A stretch of 64,000 nucleotides of DNA from an uncultured Gemmatimonadales bacterium (GCA_963716255.1 OY970303.1:5856001-5920000), one strand, 5' to 3'; positions 11,249-19,851 are shown, counted from the stretch's first letter. Translations and numbers: made by a program. The notes: generated from the letters alone by a model not told the origin.

Positions 11249-12472
11249 TCACTCCTGCCGGAGCGCGTCGATGGGGGAGAGCCTGGAGGCACGCCGCGCA
11301 GGATAGATGCCGAAGACGATCCCCACCAGCGCCGGGACGGCCATTGCGACCAGCAGGGTGCCGGGCGTGGGTAGGGTGGAGAGGGTCTGCCCCGTGTACA
11401 TCCGGATCAGTGGCGAAACCCCCGCGGCGGCGGCCGTGCCCAGCAGCACGCCCACCAGGCTCCCCAGGCCGCTGATGGCCAGCGACTCGAAGAGGAACTG
11501 CCAGACGATGTCGTGCCGCCGCGCCCCCAGCGCCCTGCGCAGCCCGATCTCGCGCGTCCGCTCCGCCACCGAGGCCAGCAGCACGTTCATCACGCCGATC
11601 CCGCCCACCAGCAGCGAGATACCGATGATGGCGCCCATCACCATCTTGAAGACTCCGATCCCCTCGGTGGCCTGCCGGACCTGGTCCTCGTAGGTGGAAA
11701 AGGTCAGCCGCGCCTCCGGGTCGCCGAAGTGGACGGCGCTCCAGTCCTCCACCGCGTCGCGCACGGGCTTCACGGCCTCGATGCTGGCCGCCCGCACCAG
11801 CATCAGCGGCGCCACGCGCGTCCCCGGGAACAGGTCCGGCGCCGCGGCGAGCGGCACGTACGCCAGCTCCTCGTCCCGCAGGGCGAAGATGCCGATCACC
11901 TGCCTCCGCTCGGTCCCCACCCGCACCGTGCGGTTGAGCAGCGTCAGGTAGGGGCGGGGATGGGCGAGCGACTTCGCCAGCTTCACCGAGAGCACCACCA
12001 CGGGGACGTCGCGGGCGGCCTCGGCGTCGATGAAGAAGCGGCCGTGGCGGATGTCCAGGTTGTCGAAGGACGCGCCGTTGGCGAGCGTGGCGACAGTGGC
12101 GGCCTGCTCCACGCGGTTGCCCCCTGCGAAGTAGCTCGCGCTTCCCCCCAGCCAGAGCGAGACGTCGGCCACGGCGGGAAGGTCGCGCACCCCGGCGGTG
12201 TTGTGCGGCGTGAAGACGACGGGCTCGCGCACCGCGACGCGGCGCCCGTCGACGCTCCGGGTGGTGCGCGGGATCACCTTCACCACCTGCACCGCCTCGC
12301 GCCCCAGGGCGTCGCGGACGTAGCGCTCCATCCCGTCGCCCAGCGACAGCACGCCCACGAGCGAGGCGACGCCGATGAGCACGCCCAGCGCGGACAGCAG
12401 GGTGCGGAGCAGGTTGCCGCGCAGCCCGTCCATGCCGGCCACCACGGAGGTGAGCATCGCCTGGGATCTCAT
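11249..12472 (-). CDS. MacB/FtsX-family ABC transporter permease
   Basis: NLLRTLLSALGVLIGV, VGGIGVMNVLLASVAERTREIGLRRALGA, YPARRASRLSPIDALR. Confidence 0.9.
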   Translation of the reverse strand: MRSQAMLTSVVAGMDGLRGNLLRTLLSALGVLIGVASLVGVLSLGDGMERYVRDALGREAVQVVKVIPRTTRSVDGRRVAVREPVVFTPHNTAGVRDLPAVADVSLWLGGSASYFAGGNRVEQAATVATLANGASFDNLDIRHGRFFIDAEAARDVPVVVLSVKLAKSLAHPRPYLTLLNRTVRVGTERRQVIGIFALRDEELAYVPLAAAPDLFPGTRVAPLMLVRAASIEAVKPVRDAVEDWSAVHFGDPEARLTFSTYEDQVRQATEGIGVFKMVMGAIIGISLLVGGIGVMNVLLASVAERTREIGLRRALGARRHDIVWQFLFESLAISGLGSLVGVLLGTAAAAGVSPLIRMYTGQTLSTLPTPGTLLVAMAVPALVGIVFGIYPARRASRLSPIDALRQE

Positions 12473-12715
12473 CTGTGCTCCACCGCGCGGAGGGCTGGGT
12501 CGGGAGGATGGATTGCGTGCCGCAGCAGGGGATACGGCGGCAGGGCGGGCCCGGGTTTCACGCCCGCGGGAGCTCCGTCATCCCCGGGAGGTGCGCATGG
12601 CGGGTAAGGTGCGGAATGCGTGGTGTGGAGAGTGGTGGGTTTCGCGCTGTTCTGGCCAAATTCTGAGCTTAGCCGGCGACTGGCCGGTCGTTTCCCCTCC
12701 TGGACGAGCACTCCC

Positions 12716-12847
12716 ATGAACGCCGCACGCCTCTTCCTCGCCCTCCTGCTGGCGGCATCGGCCGCCGTTTCCGCACCGCGCGTCTTCCCGGACGACGAGG
12801 TGGTGCCCGTCAGTCCGTTCCTGGGCTCGGGCGGGAAGGTGGGGTGA
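12716..12847 (+). CDS. Possible small secreted peptide (43 aa)
   Basis: MNAARLFLALLLAASAAVSA signal-like segment plus short acidic/Pro tail; RBS weak. Confidence 0.35.
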   Translation: MNAARLFLALLLAASAAVSAPRVFPDDEVVPVSPFLGSGGKVG

Positions 12848-12942
12848 CCCGCGCGGGCGCGGAGTGGCGCGGATGCGTGCGAAGTCGTCCTGTCCGTGAG
12901 GCATCGGCGATGCCCTCGTCCCCCCGGAAGCGGAGAACCGCC

Positions 12943-13425
12943 ATGAACCCGCCTCGTCGGCACGCACCGTGGACCCTGCCCGTGTTCCTTCCCCTCACCC
13001 TCGCGCTCGTGGCGTGCGGCCTGGCCCCGCTCGGCCCGTCCAGCCCCGCGGACGACCTCCGCGCCGCCCGCGCGGAGTGGGAGCGCCAGGGGATCTCCAG
13101 CTACCGCTACACCGTCCACAGGTCGTGCGAGTGCCTCCCGGAGGCGACCGCGCCGGCGCGGGTGGAGGTTCGCGACGGCCGCACGGTGTCCGTGGCGGCC
13201 ACGACCGGCGGTCGTCAGCTCCGGCCGGAGGACTTCGGACAGTACGACACGGTGGAGGAATTGTTCGCGGTCATCGAGGAAGCGATCTCCCGGGATCCGT
13301 ACCGCTTCAGCGCGAGCTACGACGAGCGCCTGGGGTACCCGCTCGGCTACTCGGTGGACTTCGACCGGGAGCACGCGGACGACGAGGGCGGCCTCGCCAT
13401 CACGGACTTCGAGGTGATCGAGTAG
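12943..13425 (+). CDS. DUF6174-like lipoprotein
   Basis: GGAGA RBS; lipobox LVAC; ARAEWE...YRYTVHRSCEC, TVEELF, YDERLGYP, ADDE. Confidence 0.75.
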   Translation: MNPPRRHAPWTLPVFLPLTLALVACGLAPLGPSSPADDLRAARAEWERQGISSYRYTVHRSCECLPEATAPARVEVRDGRTVSVAATTGGRQLRPEDFGQYDTVEELFAVIEEAISRDPYRFSASYDERLGYPLGYSVDFDREHADDEGGLAITDFEVIE

Positions 13426-13535
13426 CGGCGGATGCTTCAGAAGAGGGCCGCGGCCCCGCGCCCACGGGTGGGCACGGGGCCGTCGTATTCACCGGGTTCA
13501 CCGGTGGTGGGTTGCCAGCGGTGGCGTCGGACCGG

Positions 13536-13763
13536 CTACACGTAGACGCGGCAGATGCACCGGCCCAGGGCGCAGTAGCCCACGTCGTAGCCCTTCGCGC
13601 GGCAGGCCGCGGTGCAGTCGGACACCTGCACGCCGTCCAGCGAGCAGCCGGCGACCGTGGCGGCTTCGGGAGTCGCAAATGCCTGCGTCGCGCCGAAGCC
13701 CATCGCGCCCACGAACGACAGGGCGAGCAGGGCGCGGCGAAGGTGGGTCAAGGAGCGGTTCAT
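13536..13763 (-). CDS. Secreted six-Cys CS-alpha-beta defensin-like peptide (75 aa)
   Basis: GGAGG RBS; signal ending TQAFA; C-x9-C-x3-C-x9-C-x4-C-x-C (CTAACRAKGYDVGYCALGRCIC). Confidence 0.8.
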   Translation of the reverse strand: MNRSLTHLRRALLALSFVGAMGFGATQAFATPEAATVAGCSLDGVQVSDCTAACRAKGYDVGYCALGRCICRVYV

Positions 13764-14048
13764 CTGTCCTCCAGGGAGACGGGGAGCAGGGCAGCCAGAG
13801 CGGGCTGTATCTCCGAATGATACACGACACAAATCGTGGCGCAAGCATGTCGCGTCTCACGATGCGGCGGCGGTTTTTGCGGTGTCGGCCAGAGCAATTC
13901 TTGACACTTTACCTTGCGGCCGGCACAGTAGGAGCGTGACGGAGCAGCGTTCCTCCGCTTCAAAGCCTGACCGGCGGCACAGTTCCGACGAGCAGGCAGG
14001 TGAATGCCTATCATATTACTTCGGTAACCCCTCAACCATTCACTGGGT

Positions 14049-17000
14049 ATGACCATGGCGACCCGCTTCACCCAGAGACTCAAGCCGACATCACAGGACA
14101 AGCGGTTTCTTGCCGAGGGTGTGGACCGGATCAAGACGGTCACCGACTTCCTTGCCGACGCGATTGAGGGGGTCAAGGACACAGACTTTCCCGCTGCCGT
14201 CGCGGAGGCAGCCCCTTGGGCCGGGCTGATCAGTGAGGCGGTCGCCGAGGCCGTGCCGCCGATCAAGTTCGTTCTGAAGCTCTACGAAAAGCTGACGAAA
14301 GAGCATGATCCCCTGGTTCTCGGCTACTTCGCCTGCACGTTGGCGTACCAGCGCGCGGTAGAGGAATCGGTCGCGGAGGTAGGGCGGCCGGAGCAAGCCC
14401 GCAGTGTTCCAACGGACACCCGGAAGCAGCTCGAAGAATACGAGCCATCCGATGTGGACCTCAGCGGTTTTTCGCTGGGAAACGCACTGGAGCATGATTT
14501 CGTCGGGGTTGCTGATCGTGCCTTGCTGGAGGCCGTGCGGTCGGTAGGCTACAGCGAGAACCAAATTACCTCGCTGGTCACTCTGGTCCACGAGCGGTTC
14601 GTTGCCGTGCTCAAGGAGCTTCTGACCAACGGTCAGACGGCGGAGCGGTTCCGGCCTTTCAAAGAATTGATGGAGCTCGACACCGGAGAGCGGCAGGCAT
14701 ACAACGCACTGTACGAGCACGCAAGATATCAACGCTGGCTTTTCGAGGAGAAGCCAGTGTTCGAGCGGGAGCCGTTCGCGTTGAAGCACGTCTACATCGA
14801 TACGGAATGCGGCAAGCTCACGTGGAGCGAGATCCGCGGCGGAGATGCCCAGAGATCTGGACAGCGCGTGGACGCGTTCTCCGAGCAATGGGGCGGACGT
14901 CATCCATTGCTTGAGCAGGTGCTGGACCTGATTGCCGACCCCGGATTCCGGGATGCGATTGTTATCCAGGGAGTTGCCGGCGCGGGAAAGTCGGCGTTCA
15001 CGCTCCGTCTGTGCGTGGAGCTCCTGGAACAGGGCCTTCGGCCCATTCGTGTGCGCCTCCGGGACCTGCGCCTCGATGTGCACGTCAAGGACGCGCTGCC
15101 GAAAGCCGTCCGCTTGGACGAGGAGCCGCCCCGAAAACCCGCCGGCCAGCCTCGGCCGGACGACCTTTTCCTCGACGGACGGATCTTCAAGTCGTCGGTC
15201 CCGTTCCGGGGCCATGACATCTGCCCGTACGTGCTGATTCTCGACGGGTGGGACGAGATCAGCATCGCCTCGGCGGAGGACTTCAAGTCCCGGGTCTCGA
15301 GGATGCTGGAGCAGGTTCGATCTGAGTACCTGTCCTCGTATGGAGTTCCGGTCCGGGTGATCCTCACCGGCCGCCCCTCCAACGACGTGAGCGGCAGTAA
15401 TTTTCTGCGCGACAGGACCCCGGTGCTCACCGTTCGTCCTCTCCGGCCGGAGCAGCTCCGCAAGTTCGTGCAGGACTTGAGCAACGCGCTCGCGGAACGG
15501 CCGGTTCCAGTTGTGACGGCCGACGAGTGGAGGTTGACCGAGCCGGAAAAGCTCGAACCAGCCCTCGTGCGCTACGAGGAGGAGTTCGCCGCAATGATGC
15601 AGGCGGTTAACCGTGAAGACGGTGCGTACCCCCTGAGTGCGACGGGGGCATTGGAGGGCAGCATGGAAGTTCTCGGGCTTCCCTTGCTCGCTCACCTCGC
15701 GGTACGGCTGATCTCCGGGTGGAAGGAGGACACGGCGAAGCTTCTGGCCACGTCCACTACACTCTATAGATTCCTAGTGGATCTCACAGTCAAGAACGCC
15801 GGCAAGTCGCCGCACGACAACGAGGGAACGGACACGCAGGCCCGTATCAGTGGTGAGGAGTTGCGCGACCTGCTTCGCCGTACCGCAGTCGCCATGACGA
15901 TCCTCTTCCAGGAAAGCATTTCGGACAGGGAACTGTCTATGCGCCTCGACCTCCGGGGTGATGAGCTCGACCAGCGGGTCTCCAAGGCGACCGCGGACAA
16001 CGTGCTCTCGGAGTTGATGATCAGCTTCTACTTCAAGGGTGGTCACCCAGGTCACGGCTGCGAGTTCCTGCACAAATCCTTCCGAGAGTACCTGTTCGCT
16101 GAGGAGATCGTCGAGACGCTGAAGGCGTACGGCAGGTCAGCTCCGGCAAATCTGAGCGAGCGTCAGGAATACTGGAAGGATTTCGCCCCGAGGGATCCGC
16201 GGTATGACCTCTCGCGCAAGCTTGGCAATCTTTTCGGGCCCGGATGGATAACTCCCGAGGTGGCCTCACACCTCCGAGAGCTGATCACCTGGGAGATCTC
16301 CCGGTCTACCGCGGCCCAGCTCAAAACGGACGGTGCCACGGATCCGTTGGACCTCACTGGGTGGGAGCGGGTGAGAGACGGCCTAGCGGACCTCTGGGAC
16401 TGGTGGGGCGAGGGGGTCCACCTCCGCCCCCAGCCGCCCGAGCAGCCGTGGATGCAGGCTCCCCCTCTGTTCGCCACCGAGGTGATCCAGTGGTCCATGC
16501 CGATGGATCCGGAGAAACGCATGCGTCCGATCGAGCCGAAGCGTACGGCGAGTGTGGACGCTCACCTGGGAGATGGCCTTTTCCGGCTGTGTGCTCCGAT
16601 ACACTTCGATCTTGCGGTGGCAACTGGTTGGCTCAGCCCACGCGATCCTGACGGCGGTCTACCCACGCCTCGACAGAACTGGGAGGGTGTTTCAAGCATC
16701 GGCAAAGGTCCCAGGAGGTGCCAGGCAAGCGTGCAGCAGGAGGGTCGCACGTGGACCCTATTCGCTCCTTCCGGGAAGGACCCGAGCTTCTTCGCGAACT
16801 ACGGGCACCGCATCAACGGTGCGGGCTGGCGCTTGCAAGGTGACTTTCCCGGGGGAATGGATCTTAGTGGAACCGATCTGAGAGGAACGCGACTGCTGAA
16901 CTCCAGCGATTTTAGAAGATTTCCTACTATCTGGTCTTTCGCTAACCTCTTGCAAGTCAATGCAGTGCGCAATTACTTCGTAGACCATGAATTGCGATAT

Positions 17001-17648
17001 GTGCTTGCTGATCATATGGCGCTTATCTCGTCCGTCTGCACCGGCGCCGACTTCACTGGAGCATCTCTCTATGGGAGTGACTTGGCACTGATCTACGCAC
17101 CCGGCGCTAAATTCGACCGAGCCAACTTAGCGATCGCGGGTCTCGAAGGAGGTCATTTCGTCAAGGCTTCTTTTGCTCACGCTGACTTACGCAGAGTCAA
17201 GACTTCTGATAGTGATTACGGGGGTGCTGATTTCCATGATGCCTCGTTCTTAAACTCAAAAATTGACGAAAATCTGATCGAAATGTTGGGTCGTTCCGAG
17301 ATCGCTCTCGACGCTGGTGAACAACAATTACTCACCGACTCATCACCTTATACTAACCCACAACAGGAGAAGGCGGGTGGATTCGTTCAGCTGGCGCTCC
17401 CCGGCGAGGCCGCGCACGCGCCCGCCGCGGCCGCCGGCAAGCTCCCCTGGCCCGGCCGCGCCATCGAGCAGATCGGCGCGCTGAAGTCGCTGGTCGCCGC
17501 CGCGCCCGCCGGGGTGGACGAGGCCGCTGCCGCGTTCGGCCGCGCCCCCGCCGAGCTGGTGCGCCGCCACCTGGAAACGCTGGTGCTCGTGGGCGAGGTG
17601 CGCCAGGACGAGCACGGCCGCTTCGCCGCCGTCGCCGAGCCGCTGTAG
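14049..17648 (+). CDS. NACHT/STAND P-loop NTPase with C-terminal pentapeptide repeats
   Basis: Walker A GVAGAGKS, Walker B LILDGWDE, ILTGR sensor, GLPLL, FLHKSFREYL; ADFTG/AKFDR/ANLAI-type repeats; lower GC than flanks. Confidence 0.85.
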   Translation: MTMATRFTQRLKPTSQDKRFLAEGVDRIKTVTDFLADAIEGVKDTDFPAAVAEAAPWAGLISEAVAEAVPPIKFVLKLYEKLTKEHDPLVLGYFACTLAYQRAVEESVAEVGRPEQARSVPTDTRKQLEEYEPSDVDLSGFSLGNALEHDFVGVADRALLEAVRSVGYSENQITSLVTLVHERFVAVLKELLTNGQTAERFRPFKELMELDTGERQAYNALYEHARYQRWLFEEKPVFEREPFALKHVYIDTECGKLTWSEIRGGDAQRSGQRVDAFSEQWGGRHPLLEQVLDLIADPGFRDAIVIQGVAGAGKSAFTLRLCVELLEQGLRPIRVRLRDLRLDVHVKDALPKAVRLDEEPPRKPAGQPRPDDLFLDGRIFKSSVPFRGHDICPYVLILDGWDEISIASAEDFKSRVSRMLEQVRSEYLSSYGVPVRVILTGRPSNDVSGSNFLRDRTPVLTVRPLRPEQLRKFVQDLSNALAERPVPVVTADEWRLTEPEKLEPALVRYEEEFAAMMQAVNREDGAYPLSATGALEGSMEVLGLPLLAHLAVRLISGWKEDTAKLLATSTTLYRFLVDLTVKNAGKSPHDNEGTDTQARISGEELRDLLRRTAVAMTILFQESISDRELSMRLDLRGDELDQRVSKATADNVLSELMISFYFKGGHPGHGCEFLHKSFREYLFAEEIVETLKAYGRSAPANLSERQEYWKDFAPRDPRYDLSRKLGNLFGPGWITPEVASHLRELITWEISRSTAAQLKTDGATDPLDLTGWERVRDGLADLWDWWGEGVHLRPQPPEQPWMQAPPLFATEVIQWSMPMDPEKRMRPIEPKRTASVDAHLGDGLFRLCAPIHFDLAVATGWLSPRDPDGGLPTPRQNWEGVSSIGKGPRRCQASVQQEGRTWTLFAPSGKDPSFFANYGHRINGAGWRLQGDFPGGMDLSGTDLRGTRLLNSSDFRRFPTIWSFANLLQVNAVRNYFVDHELRYVLADHMALISSVCTGADFTGASLYGSDLALIYAPGAKFDRANLAIAGLEGGHFVKASFAHADLRRVKTSDSDYGGADFHDASFLNSKIDENLIEMLGRSEIALDAGEQQLLTDSSPYTNPQQEKAGGFVQLALPGEAAHAPAAAAGKLPWPGRAIEQIGALKSLVAAAPAGVDEAAAAFGRAPAELVRRHLETLVLVGEVRQDEHGRFAAVAEPL

Positions 17649-17758
17649 CCCGGCCGGCGGAGCGCCATTCCGCGGGCCGCGGGTGACCGGCCCGGCCGGC
17701 GCGTCGTCGTTCCTCGCCGTCCCACGCCGCTTCGGTCCCAGCCACCCGGAGGAACGCC

Positions 17759-18217
17759 ATGTCCAACCCCCGTACGATCGCAGGGCTCCCGCTGCTCGCC
17801 CTCGCTCTCCTGGCCGGCGCGTGCTCGGACGGCCCCTTCGACGCCTCCGGCGCCCGCGACGAGCTCCGGGCCGCCCGCTCCGTGTGGCAGCGGGAGCGCC
17901 CCGCCGACTACGCCTACACCGTCGCGCGGGTCTGCTACTGCGGCCACGAAGTCGCCGGCCCCGTGCGCGTGGAGGTGCGCGGCGGCCAGACCCCCCTGGG
18001 CGGGCAGGGTCTACGGGAGGGCGCCTTCGACGGCCTGGACACCGTGGAGGAGCTGTTCGCGGCCGTGGAGGCCGCCATCGAGGCCGACCCCTACCAGCTC
18101 TCGGCCGGCTACGACTCCGAGCGCGGGCACCCCCTCGTCCTCGCGGTGGACTACGACCGGCAGGCCGTGGACGAGGAGGGCGGCTTCGTCGTGAGCGACT
18201 TCACGGCGCTCCCCTAG
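17759..18217 (+). CDS. DUF6174-like lipoprotein (paralogue of 12943-13425)
   Basis: GGAGG RBS; lipobox AGAC; YAYTVARVCYC, DTVEELFA, YDSERGHP, VDEEGG. Confidence 0.75.
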   Translation: MSNPRTIAGLPLLALALLAGACSDGPFDASGARDELRAARSVWQRERPADYAYTVARVCYCGHEVAGPVRVEVRGGQTPLGGQGLREGAFDGLDTVEELFAAVEAAIEADPYQLSAGYDSERGHPLVLAVDYDRQAVDEEGGFVVSDFTALP

Positions 18218-18256
18218 CGCCGGGCAGCATCCACCCGCATCCCCCGGAGCTCCGCC

Positions 18257-18691
18257 ATGGCCGGCATCGAAGACGCCATCGCCCTCGCCGTGCAGGCCCA
18301 CCGCGGCCAGAAGGACCGCGCCGGCGCGCCGTACATCCTGCACCCGCTGCGGATGATGTTCCGCGTGGAGACCGACGCCGAGAAGATGGCCGCCGTGCTG
18401 CACGACGTGGTGGAGGACACCGGCTGGACGCTGGACGACCTGCGCGCCGAGGGCTTTCCCGAAGAGGTGGTCGCCGCCGTGGACCACCTCACCCGCCGCG
18501 AGGAAGAGAGCTACGAGGAGTTCGTGATCCGCGCCGCCGGCCACCCGGTCGCCCGCCGCGTCAAGATCGCCGACCTGGAAGACAACATGGACGTCCGCCG
18601 CATGGGCACCGTGACGGAAAAGGACGGGGACCGGCTCACCCGCTACCACCGCGCCTGGCGCTCCCTCACCGCCGACCTCCCGGGCGTGTAG
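18257..18691 (+). CDS. Stand-alone HD-domain protein of the RelA/SpoT hydrolase-like family
   Basis: AHRGQKD, PYILHP, AVLHDVVED, VKIADLEDN. Confidence 0.85.
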   Translation: MAGIEDAIALAVQAHRGQKDRAGAPYILHPLRMMFRVETDAEKMAAVLHDVVEDTGWTLDDLRAEGFPEEVVAAVDHLTRREEESYEEFVIRAAGHPVARRVKIADLEDNMDVRRMGTVTEKDGDRLTRYHRAWRSLTADLPGV

Positions 18692-18770
18692 CGGCGGGCG
18701 CGCTCCTTGCCTCCCCCGGCGGGCATTTCGTCTCAGTGAAGCCTCGACCCGGAACCGGAGGTGTGGTCCG

Positions 18771-18860
18771 ATGAACGCAAGACAAGCGCTCCGCTGGCTG
18801 GCGCTCGCCGCCGTGCTCACGCTCCCGGGCTGCCTGGTGTTCACCTGCAGCTACCCGTGA
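18771..18860 (+). CDS. Micro-lipoprotein (29 aa; predicted mature CLVFTCSYP)
   Basis: GGAGG RBS 9 nt upstream; MNARQALRWLALAAVLTLPGC lipobox; below ORF-track cutoff. Confidence 0.55.
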   Translation: MNARQALRWLALAAVLTLPGCLVFTCSYP

Positions 18861-18874
18861 GGTCTTTGCGCTGA

Positions 18875-19016
18875 GGCGGGCCGCTGCGGAGCCGGACGAT
18901 ACTGCCGTCCGTCTCCTCCGCGGGCTCCGGGAACCCCGCCAAACAGCCGGCGGGTTTCCCTGCGCCGGAGTGAGCCTCGCCAAACAGCCGGCGAGTCTCC
19001 CTCCGAACAGATTCAT
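18875..19016 (-). repeat. Structured intergenic repeat family 2, copy B
   Basis: Reverse complement aligns with 7236-7375. Confidence 0.85.
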
Positions 19017-19164
19017 ACGGGTACTGCGGCAACTGCGAACGGCGCCCCCACCGTGGTTTCCCGGTGGGGGCGCCGTCGCGTGCTTCGTGCTCGTCCTCGG
19101 GTCCGGCCGGCGGCACGTCCGGGCACGCGGCTACCCGGCTACTTCAAGCTGCGTCCAGACTTTC

Positions 19165-19308
19165 CTACCTGCGCTCGCGCGGCCGAGGGAACGGCGGCCC
19201 CGGGCGGAAGTTGATCAGCTCCAGGGAGCGTCCGTGCTCTCCCTGGGTCATGGAGACCGCGTTCCCGTGCTGCGTCAGCATAGGTGCGGCATAGGGCTTC
19301 TTCTGCAT
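19165..19308 (-). CDS. Lasso peptide precursor A1 (core GEHGRSLELINFRPGPPFPRPRERR)
   Basis: Leader MQKKPYAAPMLTQHGNAVSMTQ with YxxPxL and Thr at -2; Gly1/Glu8. Confidence 0.85.
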   Translation of the reverse strand: MQKKPYAAPMLTQHGNAVSMTQGEHGRSLELINFRPGPPFPRPRERR

Positions 19309-19412
19309 GCGATCCTTCCTTTCGCCGGGACGGTGCCCGGCGGGTGTGCGGCGCTCGCCGCGGTTGAAGGTGCGCGTGCCCCGACGGTCCGCCGGCCGGA
19401 CCTCCCGCGCCG

Positions 19413-19529
19413 TCAGATCCTCAGCCGCCAGCAGGTCAGCTCCAGCGTCCTCCCGAACGTTCCCATCGTGTTCGCCACCGCACATCCGAAGCGGGTGAGC
19501 GTCGGGATGGTGTAGGACTTCCTTGCCAT
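19413..19529 (-). CDS. Lasso peptide precursor A2 (core GTFGRTLELTCWRLRI)
   Basis: AGGAGG RBS; leader MARKSYTIPTLTRFGCAVANTM; Gly1/Glu8. Confidence 0.85.
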   Translation of the reverse strand: MARKSYTIPTLTRFGCAVANTMGTFGRTLELTCWRLRI

Positions 19530-19607
19530 GTCGCCCTCCTCTTTTGGAACAGGGGACTTACCGCGCGCCCGGAAACCCCGGGCGCGCGGGACATGCATGC
19601 GCCTGGC

Positions 19608-19727
19608 TCAGGGCAGGCCCAGGCGGAAGTTGATGAACTCCAGGAGCCGGCCGACGCGGCCGAGCGTCATCGCCACGGCACTGCCGTGCCGGGTGAGGAC
19701 CGGGGTGGTGTAGGACTTCTTCCGCAT
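19608..19727 (-). CDS. Lasso peptide precursor A3 (core GRVGRLLEFINFRLGLP)
   Basis: Leader MRKKSYTTPVLTRHGSAVAMTL; Gly1/Glu8. Confidence 0.88.
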   Translation of the reverse strand: MRKKSYTTPVLTRHGSAVAMTLGRVGRLLEFINFRLGLP

Positions 19728-19851
19728 GAGATCCATCCTTTCGCCGGGCGTGCCCGGCAGGTGTGCGGCTTCGCCGCGGTGAAGGAGGACGCTGGTGCGC
19801 CCCCCGCGGCCGCCCCACCGGGACGGCCGCTTCCGTGCTGCGCTATTCCCT

